Source: an uncultured Actinomycetes bacterium (GTDB lineage Bacteria > Actinomycetota > Thermoleophilia > UBA2241). Taken from it: DNA of 64,000 nucleotides. Of this stretch, positions 28,341 through 37,008 are shown piece after piece (within the stretch, counting starts at the first letter, position 1; each line of letters begins with the position of its first letter). The position numbers were made by a program, and so were the translations under genes. Below the pieces are notes generated by a model, which was given only the letters and a program-made list of their open reading frames with translations, ran no database searches and was not told where the DNA came from. The stretch is taken from contig CAVYCN010000003.1 of assembly GCA_963767005.1 (NCBI GenBank), positions 352,001-416,000 on the forward strand. The letters are read 5' to 3'.

Positions 28341-29929
28341 TAGTGGCAGTTCCGGCAGTATCCGACCCACTCGTCGGACTGGTGCTCCTCGTTGAACGGC
28401 CGGCGCTCGCTCAGCGACACGACCTTACCCGCCGCGACGTCTTCCTTCCCGTGCTGGTAGATGCCGAGCGGCTTGTCGGTCAGGTCGATGTTGATCTGCT
28501 TGACCTCCTGGTACTCGTCGAGGCCGAACGTGCCGAGCTCGCGGCCCACGCCGCTCTGCTTGTAGCCGCCCCACGGCGCCTCGCTGTACGTCGGGTGGTA
28601 GGTGTTGATCCAGGTGATGCCGGCGCGCAGCGCCTTGATGACCCGCATGGCACGCGTGACGTCCTTGGTCCAGACGCCGGCCGCGAGGCCGTAGATGGTG
28701 TCGTTGGCGATGCGCACGGCGTCGGCCTCGGTGTCGAACGGGATGACGACGAGGACCGGACCGAAGATCTCCTCTTGGGCGATCCTCATCGAGTTGTCGA
28801 CGTCGACGAAGATGGTGGGCTCGTAGTAGTAGCCGCTGCCCTCGAGGCGACGGCCGCCGGTGGCGAGCTTGGCGCCCTCGTCGCGGCCGATCCGCACGTA
28901 GCGCTCCGTGGTATCGAGCTGCTGCTGCGAGACGAGCGGTCCCATCTCGCTCGTCTCGTCGGTGGGCGCGCCGACCTTGATCGCCATCGCCCGCGAGACG
29001 AGCTCGCCGACGAAACGGTCGTAGATCGAACGCTGCACGAGCAGGCGCGAGCCGGCCGAGCAGACCTCGCCGCTGCCGGCGAAGATGCCCACCAGGGCGC
29101 CGTCGATGGCCGCCTCGAAGTCGGCGTCCTCGAAGACCACGTTCGGGCTCTTGCCGCCGAGCTCCAGGCCGACCTTCTTCACGTTCTCGGCGCCGGCCCG
29201 CATGATGCTCTTGCCGACCTCGACGCTGCCGGTGAAGGCCACCATGTCGACGTCGGGCGACGAGGCGAGATAGTCACCGACCGCCCCGCCCGGACCGGTC
29301 AGTACCTGGAAGACGCCCTCCGGCAGTCCTGCCTCGGTGAAGATCCGGGCCAGCTCGATCGAGGTAAGCGGCGATACCGAGGCCGGCTTCAGGATCATGA
29401 CGTTGCCGGCGGCGAGGCTCGGCGCCACCTTCCAGGCGGCCATCAGGATCGGGAAGTTCCACGGCGTGATGCCGGCGGTGACGCCGATCGGCTCGCGCAC
29501 GACCATGCTCATGCTCTCGCCCGGTACCTCGAGGGTCTGGCCGTGCTGCTCGACGGCCAAGCCGGCGTAGTAGTCGAACGTGTGGGCGGCATCGTTCACG
29601 TCGATGAGCGAGTCGCCGAGCAACTTGCCCATCTGGCGCGTCTCGAGCAGCGCGAGCTCGTCGGCGTGCTCGCGGATGCGGTCGGCGACCGCGTGGAGCA
29701 GCTCGGCGCGCTCGGTGGCGAGCGTGTGCGGCCAGGGGCCTTCGTCGAAGGCCTTGCGGGCCGCGGCTACCGCGCGCTGCGCGTCGGCAAGGCCGCCCTT
29801 CGGCACCACGGCGAACGGCCGCTCGGTAGAGGGGTCGACGACCTCGTAGGTCTCGCCGCTCTCGGCACCGGACCACTGCCCGGCGATGAACATCTGGTAG
29901 GTCTTCAGCTGCTGCTCGACCGTTGACAC
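28340..29929 (-). CDS. Aldehyde dehydrogenase (betaine/amino-aldehyde DH-like) with a C-terminal extension
   Basis: PWNFP, FTGS, LELGGKSP, GEVCSAGSR, EEIFGP; GTG start with AGGAGG SD; tail ends YCRNCH. Confidence 0.93.
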   Translation of the reverse strand: MSTVEQQLKTYQMFIAGQWSGAESGETYEVVDPSTERPFAVVPKGGLADAQRAVAAARKAFDEGPWPHTLATERAELLHAVADRIREHADELALLETRQMGKLLGDSLIDVNDAAHTFDYYAGLAVEQHGQTLEVPGESMSMVVREPIGVTAGITPWNFPILMAAWKVAPSLAAGNVMILKPASVSPLTSIELARIFTEAGLPEGVFQVLTGPGGAVGDYLASSPDVDMVAFTGSVEVGKSIMRAGAENVKKVGLELGGKSPNVVFEDADFEAAIDGALVGIFAGSGEVCSAGSRLLVQRSIYDRFVGELVSRAMAIKVGAPTDETSEMGPLVSQQQLDTTERYVRIGRDEGAKLATGGRRLEGSGYYYEPTIFVDVDNSMRIAQEEIFGPVLVVIPFDTEADAVRIANDTIYGLAAGVWTKDVTRAMRVIKALRAGITWINTYHPTYSEAPWGGYKQSGVGRELGTFGLDEYQEVKQINIDLTDKPLGIYQHGKEDVAAGKVVSLSERRPFNEEHQSDEWVGYCRNCH

Positions 29930-30146
29930 GACGTCCTCCTGACGTACCCGCGCGGTAGGTGTCCCGCGCGAAAACACCCCTGTCCGCCGCGGAAAAGCAG
30001 AGACGCCGGCAACACGCGGGCTCCCACCCGCGGCTCCCTGCTGGAATACCCGCGCCACGGGGGGCGATAACCTCATAAGGACAGTGGAAAAATCGCGCGC
30101 ACGAATGCGGCGCGGCGGCGCGCTGCGAGGGGGTGACGCGGGGCCA

Positions 30147-30202
30147 GGCGCGCAACGGAGTCGCGCCAGCCCGAGCGTCAGCGACGGAGTCGAACTGGCG
30201 GC
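30147..30202 (+). repeat. Dispersed intergenic repeat copy
   Basis: ggcgcgcaacggagtcgcgccagcccgagcgtcagcgacggagtcg..ggc. Confidence 0.7.
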
Positions 30203-30203
30203 G

Positions 30204-30389
30204 TCAGAAGCAGCCGAGCTGGCAGTGCACGATCTTGATGCCCAGCTCGTTGCAGGCGCGGCCCACCTCGGCGACAGGCACCTCGAGATCGTGCGCCACC
30301 TTGAAGGCAGCGGCGCACGCGAGGCGCTTTTCGTCGCCTGCCTGAGTCTTGAGGACGGCGACCAGTCGAGGGATGTTGCCGGCGACCAT
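30204..30389 (-). CDS. Small conserved Cys protein (CAAAF..VGRACNELGIKIVHCQLGCF)
   Basis: 61 aa; resembles a small hypothetical family ending in CQLGCF that I recall from anaerobes; TACAAT 6 nt before ATG (leaderless). Confidence 0.8.
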   Translation of the reverse strand: MVAGNIPRLVAVLKTQAGDEKRLACAAAFKVAHDLEVPVAEVGRACNELGIKIVHCQLGCF

Positions 30390-30446
30390 GGCCGGATTGT
30401 AGCAGAGGGCCGTGCGACTACGCCAGGATGGAGCATACGGGGCGCC

Positions 30447-30504
30447 GGCGCGCAGCGAAGCCACGCCTGCCTGAGCGTCAGCGACGTAAGTCGCCTGACG
30501 GCAC
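30447..30504 (+). repeat. Dispersed intergenic repeat copy
   Basis: ggcgcgcagcgaagccacgcctgcctgagcgtcagcgacgtaagtcgcctgacggcac. Confidence 0.8.
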
Positions 30505-30583
30505 TCATCCTCTGCCCCCAGACGGCCGATACCGGCTGTGCGGAGCGCCGCTCGTTGCGGCGCATGGGAGCGAGGGACACGGC

Positions 30584-31540
30584 GTGACCGACATCGACGT
30601 GAGCGACACGGCCGTCACCGCGGCGGACATCATCCAGCCCCGCGAGAGCGAAGAGGACCGTGAGGAGCGGCGTGCGCGCAAGTCGATCGTGACGCGCATC
30701 CAGGGCGACGTGATCGGCCGGATCGACGCCATGATCGACGAGCTGCAGGCGCAGCCCGTGGGCGAAGAGCCGCGGGAGTACCTCGAGGCGCTGCGCGTGC
30801 TGCTGAAGTCGCAGGTGACGACCTACCTGTCGTATGTCACGGGCCGTCGCGACGCGCTCTCGTCGACGACCTCCACCATGTACGCCGGCGAGCTCAGCCC
30901 CGCCGGGCCGGTGCCGGTGACGCTGCGCGGTCTGATCGAGGGCGGCACGCTGTCGAAGGCCCAGGCGGCGCGCCTGGCGAGCTGCGTGCTGGAGCGCCGC
31001 ACCCTGCTCATCTTCGGCGACCGCTCGACCGGCAAGTCGACGCTGCTGAACGCGCTGCTCGACCTGATGCCGGTCGACGAACGCGTCGTGGCGATCGAGC
31101 ACGGCGACCACCTCCCCGCGCTCGAGGAGCGCTCCTTCTGCACGCGTCTGACCGTCGAGGACGGCGTCGACGTCGCCGGGATCTTCGCGCGCGCCGTCAA
31201 GATGCAGCCCAGCCGCATCATCGTCGGCGAGATCCACGCCGACGAGATGCTCCACTTCTTGACCGAGCTCAGCCGGCGGCCCGAGGCCGGCGGCTTCTGC
31301 ACGGTGCGCGCCGACTCGGTCCACATGGCCGTCGCCAAGCTGCTGCGTCAGATGGAGCTCAGCGTCGCGGCGCTCGAGGCCCGGGAGCTGGTCGGGACGG
31401 TGCGCCCGGTGCTCGCCCACATGCGCAGCGACGAGCGCGGCGAACCGCGCCTGGCCGCGATCTGGGCGGTCGAAGGGCTCGATACCGATGGTGAGATCCT
31501 GCTCCACGAGGTGCCGGCCGACGAGGCGCTCGCCTCGTAG
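30584..31540 (+). CDS. VirB11/CpaF-like secretion ATPase-family protein (stand-alone, divergent)
   Basis: Walker A GDRSTGKST, ERVVAIE, P.RIIVGEI Walker B; GTG start inferred. Confidence 0.75.
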   Translation: MTDIDVSDTAVTAADIIQPRESEEDREERRARKSIVTRIQGDVIGRIDAMIDELQAQPVGEEPREYLEALRVLLKSQVTTYLSYVTGRRDALSSTTSTMYAGELSPAGPVPVTLRGLIEGGTLSKAQAARLASCVLERRTLLIFGDRSTGKSTLLNALLDLMPVDERVVAIEHGDHLPALEERSFCTRLTVEDGVDVAGIFARAVKMQPSRIIVGEIHADEMLHFLTELSRRPEAGGFCTVRADSVHMAVAKLLRQMELSVAALEARELVGTVRPVLAHMRSDERGEPRLAAIWAVEGLDTDGEILLHEVPADEALAS

Positions 31541-31680
31541 CCCGGTCGTGCGCGCGGTGTCCGCCGCGCGCACCGCCCCGACGTCCACCCGCCGCCGCCC
31601 GAAGGTCACCGCACCACACGCGGCGGCTACTTTGCGTCTGTCCCCTGCAGGGTGCATCGTTTGAGCAGGACGCCGGGCAC

Positions 31681-31723
31681 TGGTATCATGCCGGGGTTAC
31701 GCCGCCGAAGGGGCGGCGTTTTT
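31681..31723 (+). promoter_or_regulatory. rpsF operon extended -10 (TGgTATCAT) followed by a GC hairpin and T-tract
   Basis: TATCAT 31684-31689; acgccgcc-gaagg-ggcggcgt-tttt 31699-31723. Confidence 0.55.
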
Positions 31724-31775
31724 CACCCCTGCTCCAGCAGCGAGGCTGGGGCCGCCTGAGACCACAGGAGGTGAG
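31724..31775 (+). ncRNA. S6:S18 ribosomal protein leader RNA
   Basis: cccctgctccagc-loop-gctggggccgcctgagaccacaggaggtga closely resembles the Bacillus-type rpsF leader (...GGGCCGC..AGACC..AGGAGGUG), with the SD paired in the stem. Confidence 0.8.
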
Positions 31776-31779
31776 TTCC

Positions 31780-32067
31780 ACGAATAAGTATGAGTTGATG
31801 CTCATGCTCAACCCCGCCGTCGAAGACGGCCGGCAGTCCGAGATCCTCGATCGCCTGTCCACCACCGTCCAGAAGGGCAAGGGCAAGATCGCGTCGGTCG
31901 ACGACTGGGGCAAGCGCAAGCTGGCCTACGAGATCTCCGGTCAGACCGAAGGCCTCTACAGCGTCGTCACATTCTCGGCCGCGCCGGAGACGCTCGCCGA
32001 AGTCGAGCGCGTGCTGAGCATCACCGACGACGTCATGCGCTTCCAGACGGTGCGCCTCAAGGACTAG
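31780..32067 (+). CDS. rpsF: 30S ribosomal protein S6
   Basis: NKYELMLML.P, WGKRKLAYEI, EGLY, DVMRF. Start proposed at ACG 31780; the alternative GTG at 31771 lies inside the SD. Confidence 0.97.
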   Translation, partial: TNKYELMLMLNPAVEDGRQSEILDRLSTTVQKGKGKIASVDDWGKRKLAYEISGQTEGLYSVVTFSAAPETLAEVERVLSITDDVMRFQTVRLKD

Positions 32068-32155
32068 CACGATGCAGGTCCTGCTGAGCGGCCCCGGCAG
32101 TCGTCAGAGTGCGACGGAGGGCCGGACGAGCGCCAACCGCTAAAGGAGCGAAGAC

Positions 32156-32581
32156 ATGGCCGGATCCATCAACCGCGTCGTCCTGGTCGGCAACCTCACG
32201 CGCGACCCCGAGACCCGCCAGGCGGGCGCTACCACCGTGTGCAGCCTGCGCGTCGCCGTGAACGACCGCGTCAAGAACCGCGACTCGGGCGCCTGGGAAG
32301 ACTACGCCAACTACTTCACGGTGTCGGTCTTCGGCAATAACGGCGAACGCTGCGCCCAGTACCTGTCAAAGGGTCGTCAGGTCGCGATCGAGGGCCGGCT
32401 GCGCTGGCGCCAGTGGGAATCCGCCGACGGCCAGAAGCGCGAAGCGGTCGAGGTCGTCGCCGACAACGTGCAGTTCATCGGGCCGCGCGAAGGCGGCGCG
32501 CCGCGCGAGGCGACCGAGTTCTCGAGCGCACCCGAAGTCGCCGAAGGCGACTTCGCCGGTGACGACGACATCCCGTTCTAG
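32156..32581 (+). CDS. ssb: Single-stranded DNA-binding protein
   Basis: [29 protein letters not shown]-terminal DDDIPF. Confidence 0.98.
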   Translation: MAGSINRVVLVGNLTRDPETRQAGATTVCSLRVAVNDRVKNRDSGAWEDYANYFTVSVFGNNGERCAQYLSKGRQVAIEGRLRWRQWESADGQKREAVEVVADNVQFIGPREGGAPREATEFSSAPEVAEGDFAGDDDIPF

Positions 32582-32658
32582 AGCGCCGGCCGGCCGGGGG
32601 ACGGTCCGCGAGGGCATCCCCCGGCCGGCCCCTCCGAGACCAGAAGCGAAAGGCCCAC

Positions 32659-32925
32659 ATGCCAGCACCAAAGCGAACGCGTCGCGAGAAGCGCCCCAAG
32701 GTCGGGCTGCTCGCCAGAGCGCGACGCCGCACCTGCTACTACTGTGACGAGAAGATCGACGACGTCGACTACAAGGCCGGCCCGGTCCTGCGGCGCTTCG
32801 TCTCCGACAAGGGCAAGATCCGCTCGCGGCGCGCCACCGGCGCCTGCCGGCGTCACCAGCGTCAGGTCGCCGTAGCCGTCAAGCGCTCCCGCGAGATGGC
32901 CCTGCTGCCCTACGCCGACCGTTAG
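32659..32925 (+). CDS. rpsR: 30S ribosomal protein S18 (Zn-binding C+ form)
   Basis: [30 protein letters not shown]. Confidence 0.97.
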   Translation: MPAPKRTRREKRPKVGLLARARRRTCYYCDEKIDDVDYKAGPVLRRFVSDKGKIRSRRATGACRRHQRQVAVAVKRSREMALLPYADR

Positions 32926-32934
32926 GAGGCCCCG

Positions 32935-33381
32935 ATGGAGATCATCCTGCTCGAAGACGTCGAGGGCGTGGGCCAGAAGGGCGACCTTGCCAACGTCTCG
33001 GCCGGCTACGCCCGCAACTACCTGCTGCCCAAGCGCCTCGCCGAGATCGCGAGCCCCGGCCGGCTCGACGAGGTCCGGCGCCTCATGGAAGAACGCCGGG
33101 CGCGCGAGGTGCGCAGCTCCGACCACGCCGTCGAGGTCGCGGCCACGCTCAACAAGACCGTCCTCACGATCGGCGCCCACGCCGGCGAGGCCGAACGCCT
33201 GTATGGCTCCGTGACCTCGGGTGACATCGCCGACGCCATCTGGGACGCCCGCAAAGTCAAGATCGACCGTCACAAGATCCACCTCGACGAACCCATCAAG
33301 AGCCTGGGCACGTTCATGGTCGACCTCGACGTCTTCGAGGGCGTCGAGGCCACCGTCAAGGTCATCGTCGTCGCCGAGTAA
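32935..33381 (+). CDS. rplI: 50S ribosomal protein L9
   Basis: MEIILLEDV..VG..GD..NV..GYARNYLLP, LYGSVT, PIKSLG. Confidence 0.98.
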   Translation: MEIILLEDVEGVGQKGDLANVSAGYARNYLLPKRLAEIASPGRLDEVRRLMEERRAREVRSSDHAVEVAATLNKTVLTIGAHAGEAERLYGSVTSGDIADAIWDARKVKIDRHKIHLDEPIKSLGTFMVDLDVFEGVEATVKVIVVAE

Positions 33382-33415
33382 GCGCGGCGCGGACGCCGCG
33401 GGGGAGGGCAGCATC

Positions 33416-34774
33416 GTGGCCACCGGCACGGTCGCAACAGACGGTCGTCACATGCAGCCGCATGACCTGGACGCCGAAGAATCGCTCCTCGGCGCCATGG
33501 TCGTGAGCCCCAACGCCATCCCGATCGCCACCGAGCTCGTCGCCGACGACGACTTCTACCGCGACACGCATCGCCTCGTCTTTCGCGTCATCCGCGACAT
33601 GTACGCGCAGGGCAAAGAGGTCGATGCCGTGACGCTGTCGGCCGCGCTCGAGCAGCAGGGCGTGCTCGAGCGGGTCGGCGGCAAGGCCTTCGTCCACACC
33701 CTCGTCGAGATCGTGCCGGCCGCGGCCAACGTGCGCCAGTACGCCGAGATCGTGCGCGAGACCAGCGTCCTGCGCCAGCTCATCAGGGTCGGCAACGAGA
33801 TCGCCGAGCTCGGCTACGATCACCCGGGCGAGGCGCGCGAGCTGCTCGACTCCTGCGAGCAGAAGGTCTTCGCCATCTCGCAGCATCGTCTGACCACCGA
33901 CTTCGACCCCATGAGCGACATGATCAAGGCGACCTTCGAGCGCATCGACATGATCCGCGAGGGCCAGCAGATCTCGGGCGTACCGACGGGCTTCGCCGAC
34001 ATCGACCGCATGACGGGCGGCTTCCAGCCGTCGAACCTGATCGTGCTGGCCGCGCGTCCCGGCGTCGGCAAGACGTCGCTGGCACTCAACATCGCCCACA
34101 ACATCGGCATCACCGGCACGACCTCGGTCGCGGTCTTCAGCCTCGAGATGAGCAAGCAGGAGATCAGCGAGCGCATGCTGTGCTCGGCCGCGCGCGTCGC
34201 CTCGCACCGGCTGCGCTCGGGCCAGACGCTGCCCAACGACGACTACTACAAGCTCGTGACCGTCGCCGGCGAGCTCGAGAAGGCGCCCATCTACGTCGAC
34301 GACACGGCCGGCATCAACGTCTTCGAGCTGCGCGCCAAGGCGCGCCGCCTGGCGAGCCGCGTCGACCCGCCGCTCGGCCTCGTCATCATCGACTACCTCC
34401 AGCTCATGATGGGCGACGGGAGGGCCGACAACCGCCAGCAGGAGGTCGCCAACATCTCGCGCTCGCTCAAGCAGCTCGCCCGCGAGCTCAACGTCCCCGT
34501 GCTCGCCGTCTCGCAGCTCAACCGCGACGTCGAGACCCGCGCCGAGAAAAAGCCGCAGCTCTCCGACCTGCGCGAGTCGGGTGCGATCGAGCAGGACGCC
34601 GACCTCGTCGTCTTCATCTACGAGCCACGCGACGAGAACAGCAAGGGCGTCGTGGCCGTCGACATCGCCAAGCACCGCAACGGGCCGACCGGGATCGCCC
34701 GCCTGGGCTTCGTGCGCGACTACACCAAGTTCCGCACGCTCAAGGCCGACGAGGCCAGCCGCTATGACTTCTGA
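33416..34774 (+). CDS. dnaB: Replicative DNA helicase
   Basis: PHDLDAEESLLG, AARPGVGKT, FSLEMS, IDYLQL, SQLNR, DLRESGAIEQDAD, KHRNGPTG; no intein. Confidence 0.98.
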   Translation: MATGTVATDGRHMQPHDLDAEESLLGAMVVSPNAIPIATELVADDDFYRDTHRLVFRVIRDMYAQGKEVDAVTLSAALEQQGVLERVGGKAFVHTLVEIVPAAANVRQYAEIVRETSVLRQLIRVGNEIAELGYDHPGEARELLDSCEQKVFAISQHRLTTDFDPMSDMIKATFERIDMIREGQQISGVPTGFADIDRMTGGFQPSNLIVLAARPGVGKTSLALNIAHNIGITGTTSVAVFSLEMSKQEISERMLCSAARVASHRLRSGQTLPNDDYYKLVTVAGELEKAPIYVDDTAGINVFELRAKARRLASRVDPPLGLVIIDYLQLMMGDGRADNRQQEVANISRSLKQLARELNVPVLAVSQLNRDVETRAEKKPQLSDLRESGAIEQDADLVVFIYEPRDENSKGVVAVDIAKHRNGPTGIARLGFVRDYTKFRTLKADEASRYDF

Positions 34775-35633
34775 TCCGCACGAGGGCGCCGGCTGGCAGG
34801 CCGGCGAGCGCCTGATCAGCCTGAACGGCCGGCTCGTCGACGAGCGCGAGGCCTTCGTGCCGGCCCTCGACCGCGCCGTCACGCACGGTATCGGTCTGTA
34901 CGAGACGCTCAAGCTCGCCGGCGGCGTGCCGGTGTTCTTCGCCGCGCACATGGACCGCCTGCAGGCCGGCCTCGCCGTGCTCGAGATCGCCGTGCCGTGG
35001 GACCGCGTCACCATCGCCCGCGCCATCGTCGAGCTCGCCGCCGCCGGCGGCGTCACCGACGGCGGCTGCCGGGTGCTCGTCACCGCCGGCCCCGCCTGGG
35101 GCGGCCCCTCCCTGCTCATCCGCCACGATGTGCGCGAGCGCCCCGGCGCGCCGCTGCGGGTGATCACCCACCGCGGCATCAGGGTGAGCGGCGCCCTCAA
35201 GGCCATGACGTTCATGCAGTCGCACCTCGCCCAGCGCGCGGCCGCCGCGGCCGGCGCTGACGACGCCATCTTCGTCGACGACGAGGGGCGCATGTTCGAG
35301 GGCGCCACGTCCAACATCTTCCTCGCGCGCGGCGGCGGCCTCGTCACGACGCCGGCCGAGGGCGCCATCCTGCCGGGCGTCATGCGCGCCGCCATCGAGC
35401 GTGTCGCCGAGGCCGACGGCATCACCGTCGTCGAAGCCTACGGCCGGGTCGCCGACCTCCGACCCGACGACGCCATGTTCCTCACGAGCAGCGTGCGCGG
35501 CATCGCCGCCGTCGCCTCGGTCGACGACCGCCCACTGCGCGTCGATCGCGCCATGCTCGAGCGCCTCGAGCAGCTCGTCGCCGACGCCGAGCGCGCCGCG
35601 ACCGACGCTTTCCGCGCCGAGTACCTCGCCTAG
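34764..35633 (+). CDS. Aminotransferase class IV (branched-chain AT / ADC lyase-like)
   Basis: DRAVTHGIGLYET, HMDRL, EGATSNIF, ILPGVMR, FLTSSVRGI. Confidence 0.88.
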   Translation: MTSDPHEGAGWQAGERLISLNGRLVDEREAFVPALDRAVTHGIGLYETLKLAGGVPVFFAAHMDRLQAGLAVLEIAVPWDRVTIARAIVELAAAGGVTDGGCRVLVTAGPAWGGPSLLIRHDVRERPGAPLRVITHRGIRVSGALKAMTFMQSHLAQRAAAAAGADDAIFVDDEGRMFEGATSNIFLARGGGLVTTPAEGAILPGVMRAAIERVAEADGITVVEAYGRVADLRPDDAMFLTSSVRGIAAVASVDDRPLRVDRAMLERLEQLVADAERAATDAFRAEYLA

Positions 35634-35744
35634 CCGAGCCGTCCGGCACCCGGGCCGCCGCGGGCGCCCGGCGCGGCGACGCTTACACCGGGGCGCTTGC
35701 GGGCAGGCTGCGCCCGACGACTCCCCGACAGCGTGAGGTAGACC

Positions 35745-36917
35745 ATGAGTGCTCGCCGCCTGATCCTTCTCGTTCTGGTCGGCCTGGTGGCGGCAGCCGT
35801 CGCCGTCACGGCCGTCCTGGTCTCGACCGGCGGCCGCGACAGCGCGGCGGCCCAGGGGACCGGTGCTGCGGTGCCGGCCGCTGCCACGGCCGCGACGAAG
35901 CTGCCGGCGGTCAAGCTCAAGCTCGTGGCGAGCGGCCTGTCGCTGCCGGTCGGGCTCACGGCGCCGCCCGGCGACACCCACCGCCTGTTCGTCGTCGAGA
36001 AGACCGGCAAGATCGCCGTGATCGTGAACGGCAAGCGGCTGGCCACGCCGTTCCTGAACCTGAGCAGCCGGGTGTCGAAGGGCAGCGAGCAGGGTCTGCT
36101 CGGCCTCGCGTTCGACCCCCAGTTCGCCAGCAACGGGCGCTTCTACGTCTTCTACACGAACACCGCCGGCGACATAAAGATCGTGCGCTACACGGTGAGC
36201 TCGTCGAACCGCAACCGGGCCGACGCCTCGTCGGCCACGGTGCTGTGGACGGTCGCCCACCACGCCCACGCCAACCACAACGGCGGCCAGCTCGCGTTCG
36301 GCCCCGACGGCCTGCTGTACATCGGCGTCGGCGACGGCGGCAGCGAGGGCGACCCTAACCTGTACGGCCAGAACGTGAACGTGCCGTACGCCAAGATCTG
36401 GCGGCTCGACGTGAGCTCGGCGAGCGCCAAGCCCGTCCTGTACGCCTACGGCCTGCGCAACCCCTGGCGGTTCTCGTTCGACCGCAAGACGGGCGCCTTG
36501 TGGATCGGCGACGTCGGCCAGGACAAGTGGGAGGAGATCGACTACTTGAAGGCCGGCACGGCGCCCGGCACCAACTTCGGCTGGAGCTACTACGAGGGCG
36601 ACCATATCTACAAGGTGCAGTCCATCGTGCGCACCCGCCTCGTGTTCCCGGTCGCCGAGTACTCGCACGCGGTCGGCGACGCCGTGATCGGCGGCTACGT
36701 GTACCGCGGCAGCGCGATCCCCGGCCTGCGCGGCTACTACCTCTTCGCCGACTACGGCACGGCGCGGGTGTGGGCCAAGGCCGGCCCCAAGGGCGGCGTC
36801 CACATCCTGACCGGCGTCTCGCAGAAGCTGCCGAGCATCAGCTCGTTCGGCCAGAACGCGGCCGGCGAGCTCTACCTGACGAGCCTGAACGGGCGGGTCT
36901 ACAAGATCGTGCCGTGA
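35745..36917 (+). CDS. Secreted PQQ-dependent sugar dehydrogenase (GSDH family)
   Basis: Signal/TM anchor; EQGLLGLAFDP, NHNGGQLAFGPDG, GLRNPWRFSFD, DVGQ..WEEID. Confidence 0.92.
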   Translation: MSARRLILLVLVGLVAAAVAVTAVLVSTGGRDSAAAQGTGAAVPAAATAATKLPAVKLKLVASGLSLPVGLTAPPGDTHRLFVVEKTGKIAVIVNGKRLATPFLNLSSRVSKGSEQGLLGLAFDPQFASNGRFYVFYTNTAGDIKIVRYTVSSSNRNRADASSATVLWTVAHHAHANHNGGQLAFGPDGLLYIGVGDGGSEGDPNLYGQNVNVPYAKIWRLDVSSASAKPVLYAYGLRNPWRFSFDRKTGALWIGDVGQDKWEEIDYLKAGTAPGTNFGWSYYEGDHIYKVQSIVRTRLVFPVAEYSHAVGDAVIGGYVYRGSAIPGLRGYYLFADYGTARVWAKAGPKGGVHILTGVSQKLPSISSFGQNAAGELYLTSLNGRVYKIVP

Positions 36918-36957
36918 CGACGCGCGCGGCCGCTCGGGGTGGACGACCGACGAGGGC

Positions 36958-36991
36958 CGACGCAGCCACGCCAGGCTGAGCGGCGACGAGG
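36958..36991 (+). repeat. Partial dispersed repeat copy
   Basis: cgacgcagccacgccaggctgagcggcgacgag between convergent genes. Confidence 0.7.
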
Positions 36992-37008
36992 CACCCCGAT
37001 CGCCCGCA

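Noticed and set aside
30042-30060. sigma54-like -24/-12 site (TGGCGC-N5-TTCC) upstream of the ALDH operon
   Set aside because: The conserved -12 GC reads CC, and no enhancer-binding protein is in the window; too weak to call.
28340-31657. 1105-aa ORF as a giant ALDH fusion
   Set aside because: The upstream part is antisense to the ATPase gene or off-frame over the small Cys gene; the real start is GTG 29929 with an AGGAGG SD.
33416-34774. Intein in DnaB
   Set aside because: The length (about 450 aa) and continuous motifs leave no room for an insertion.
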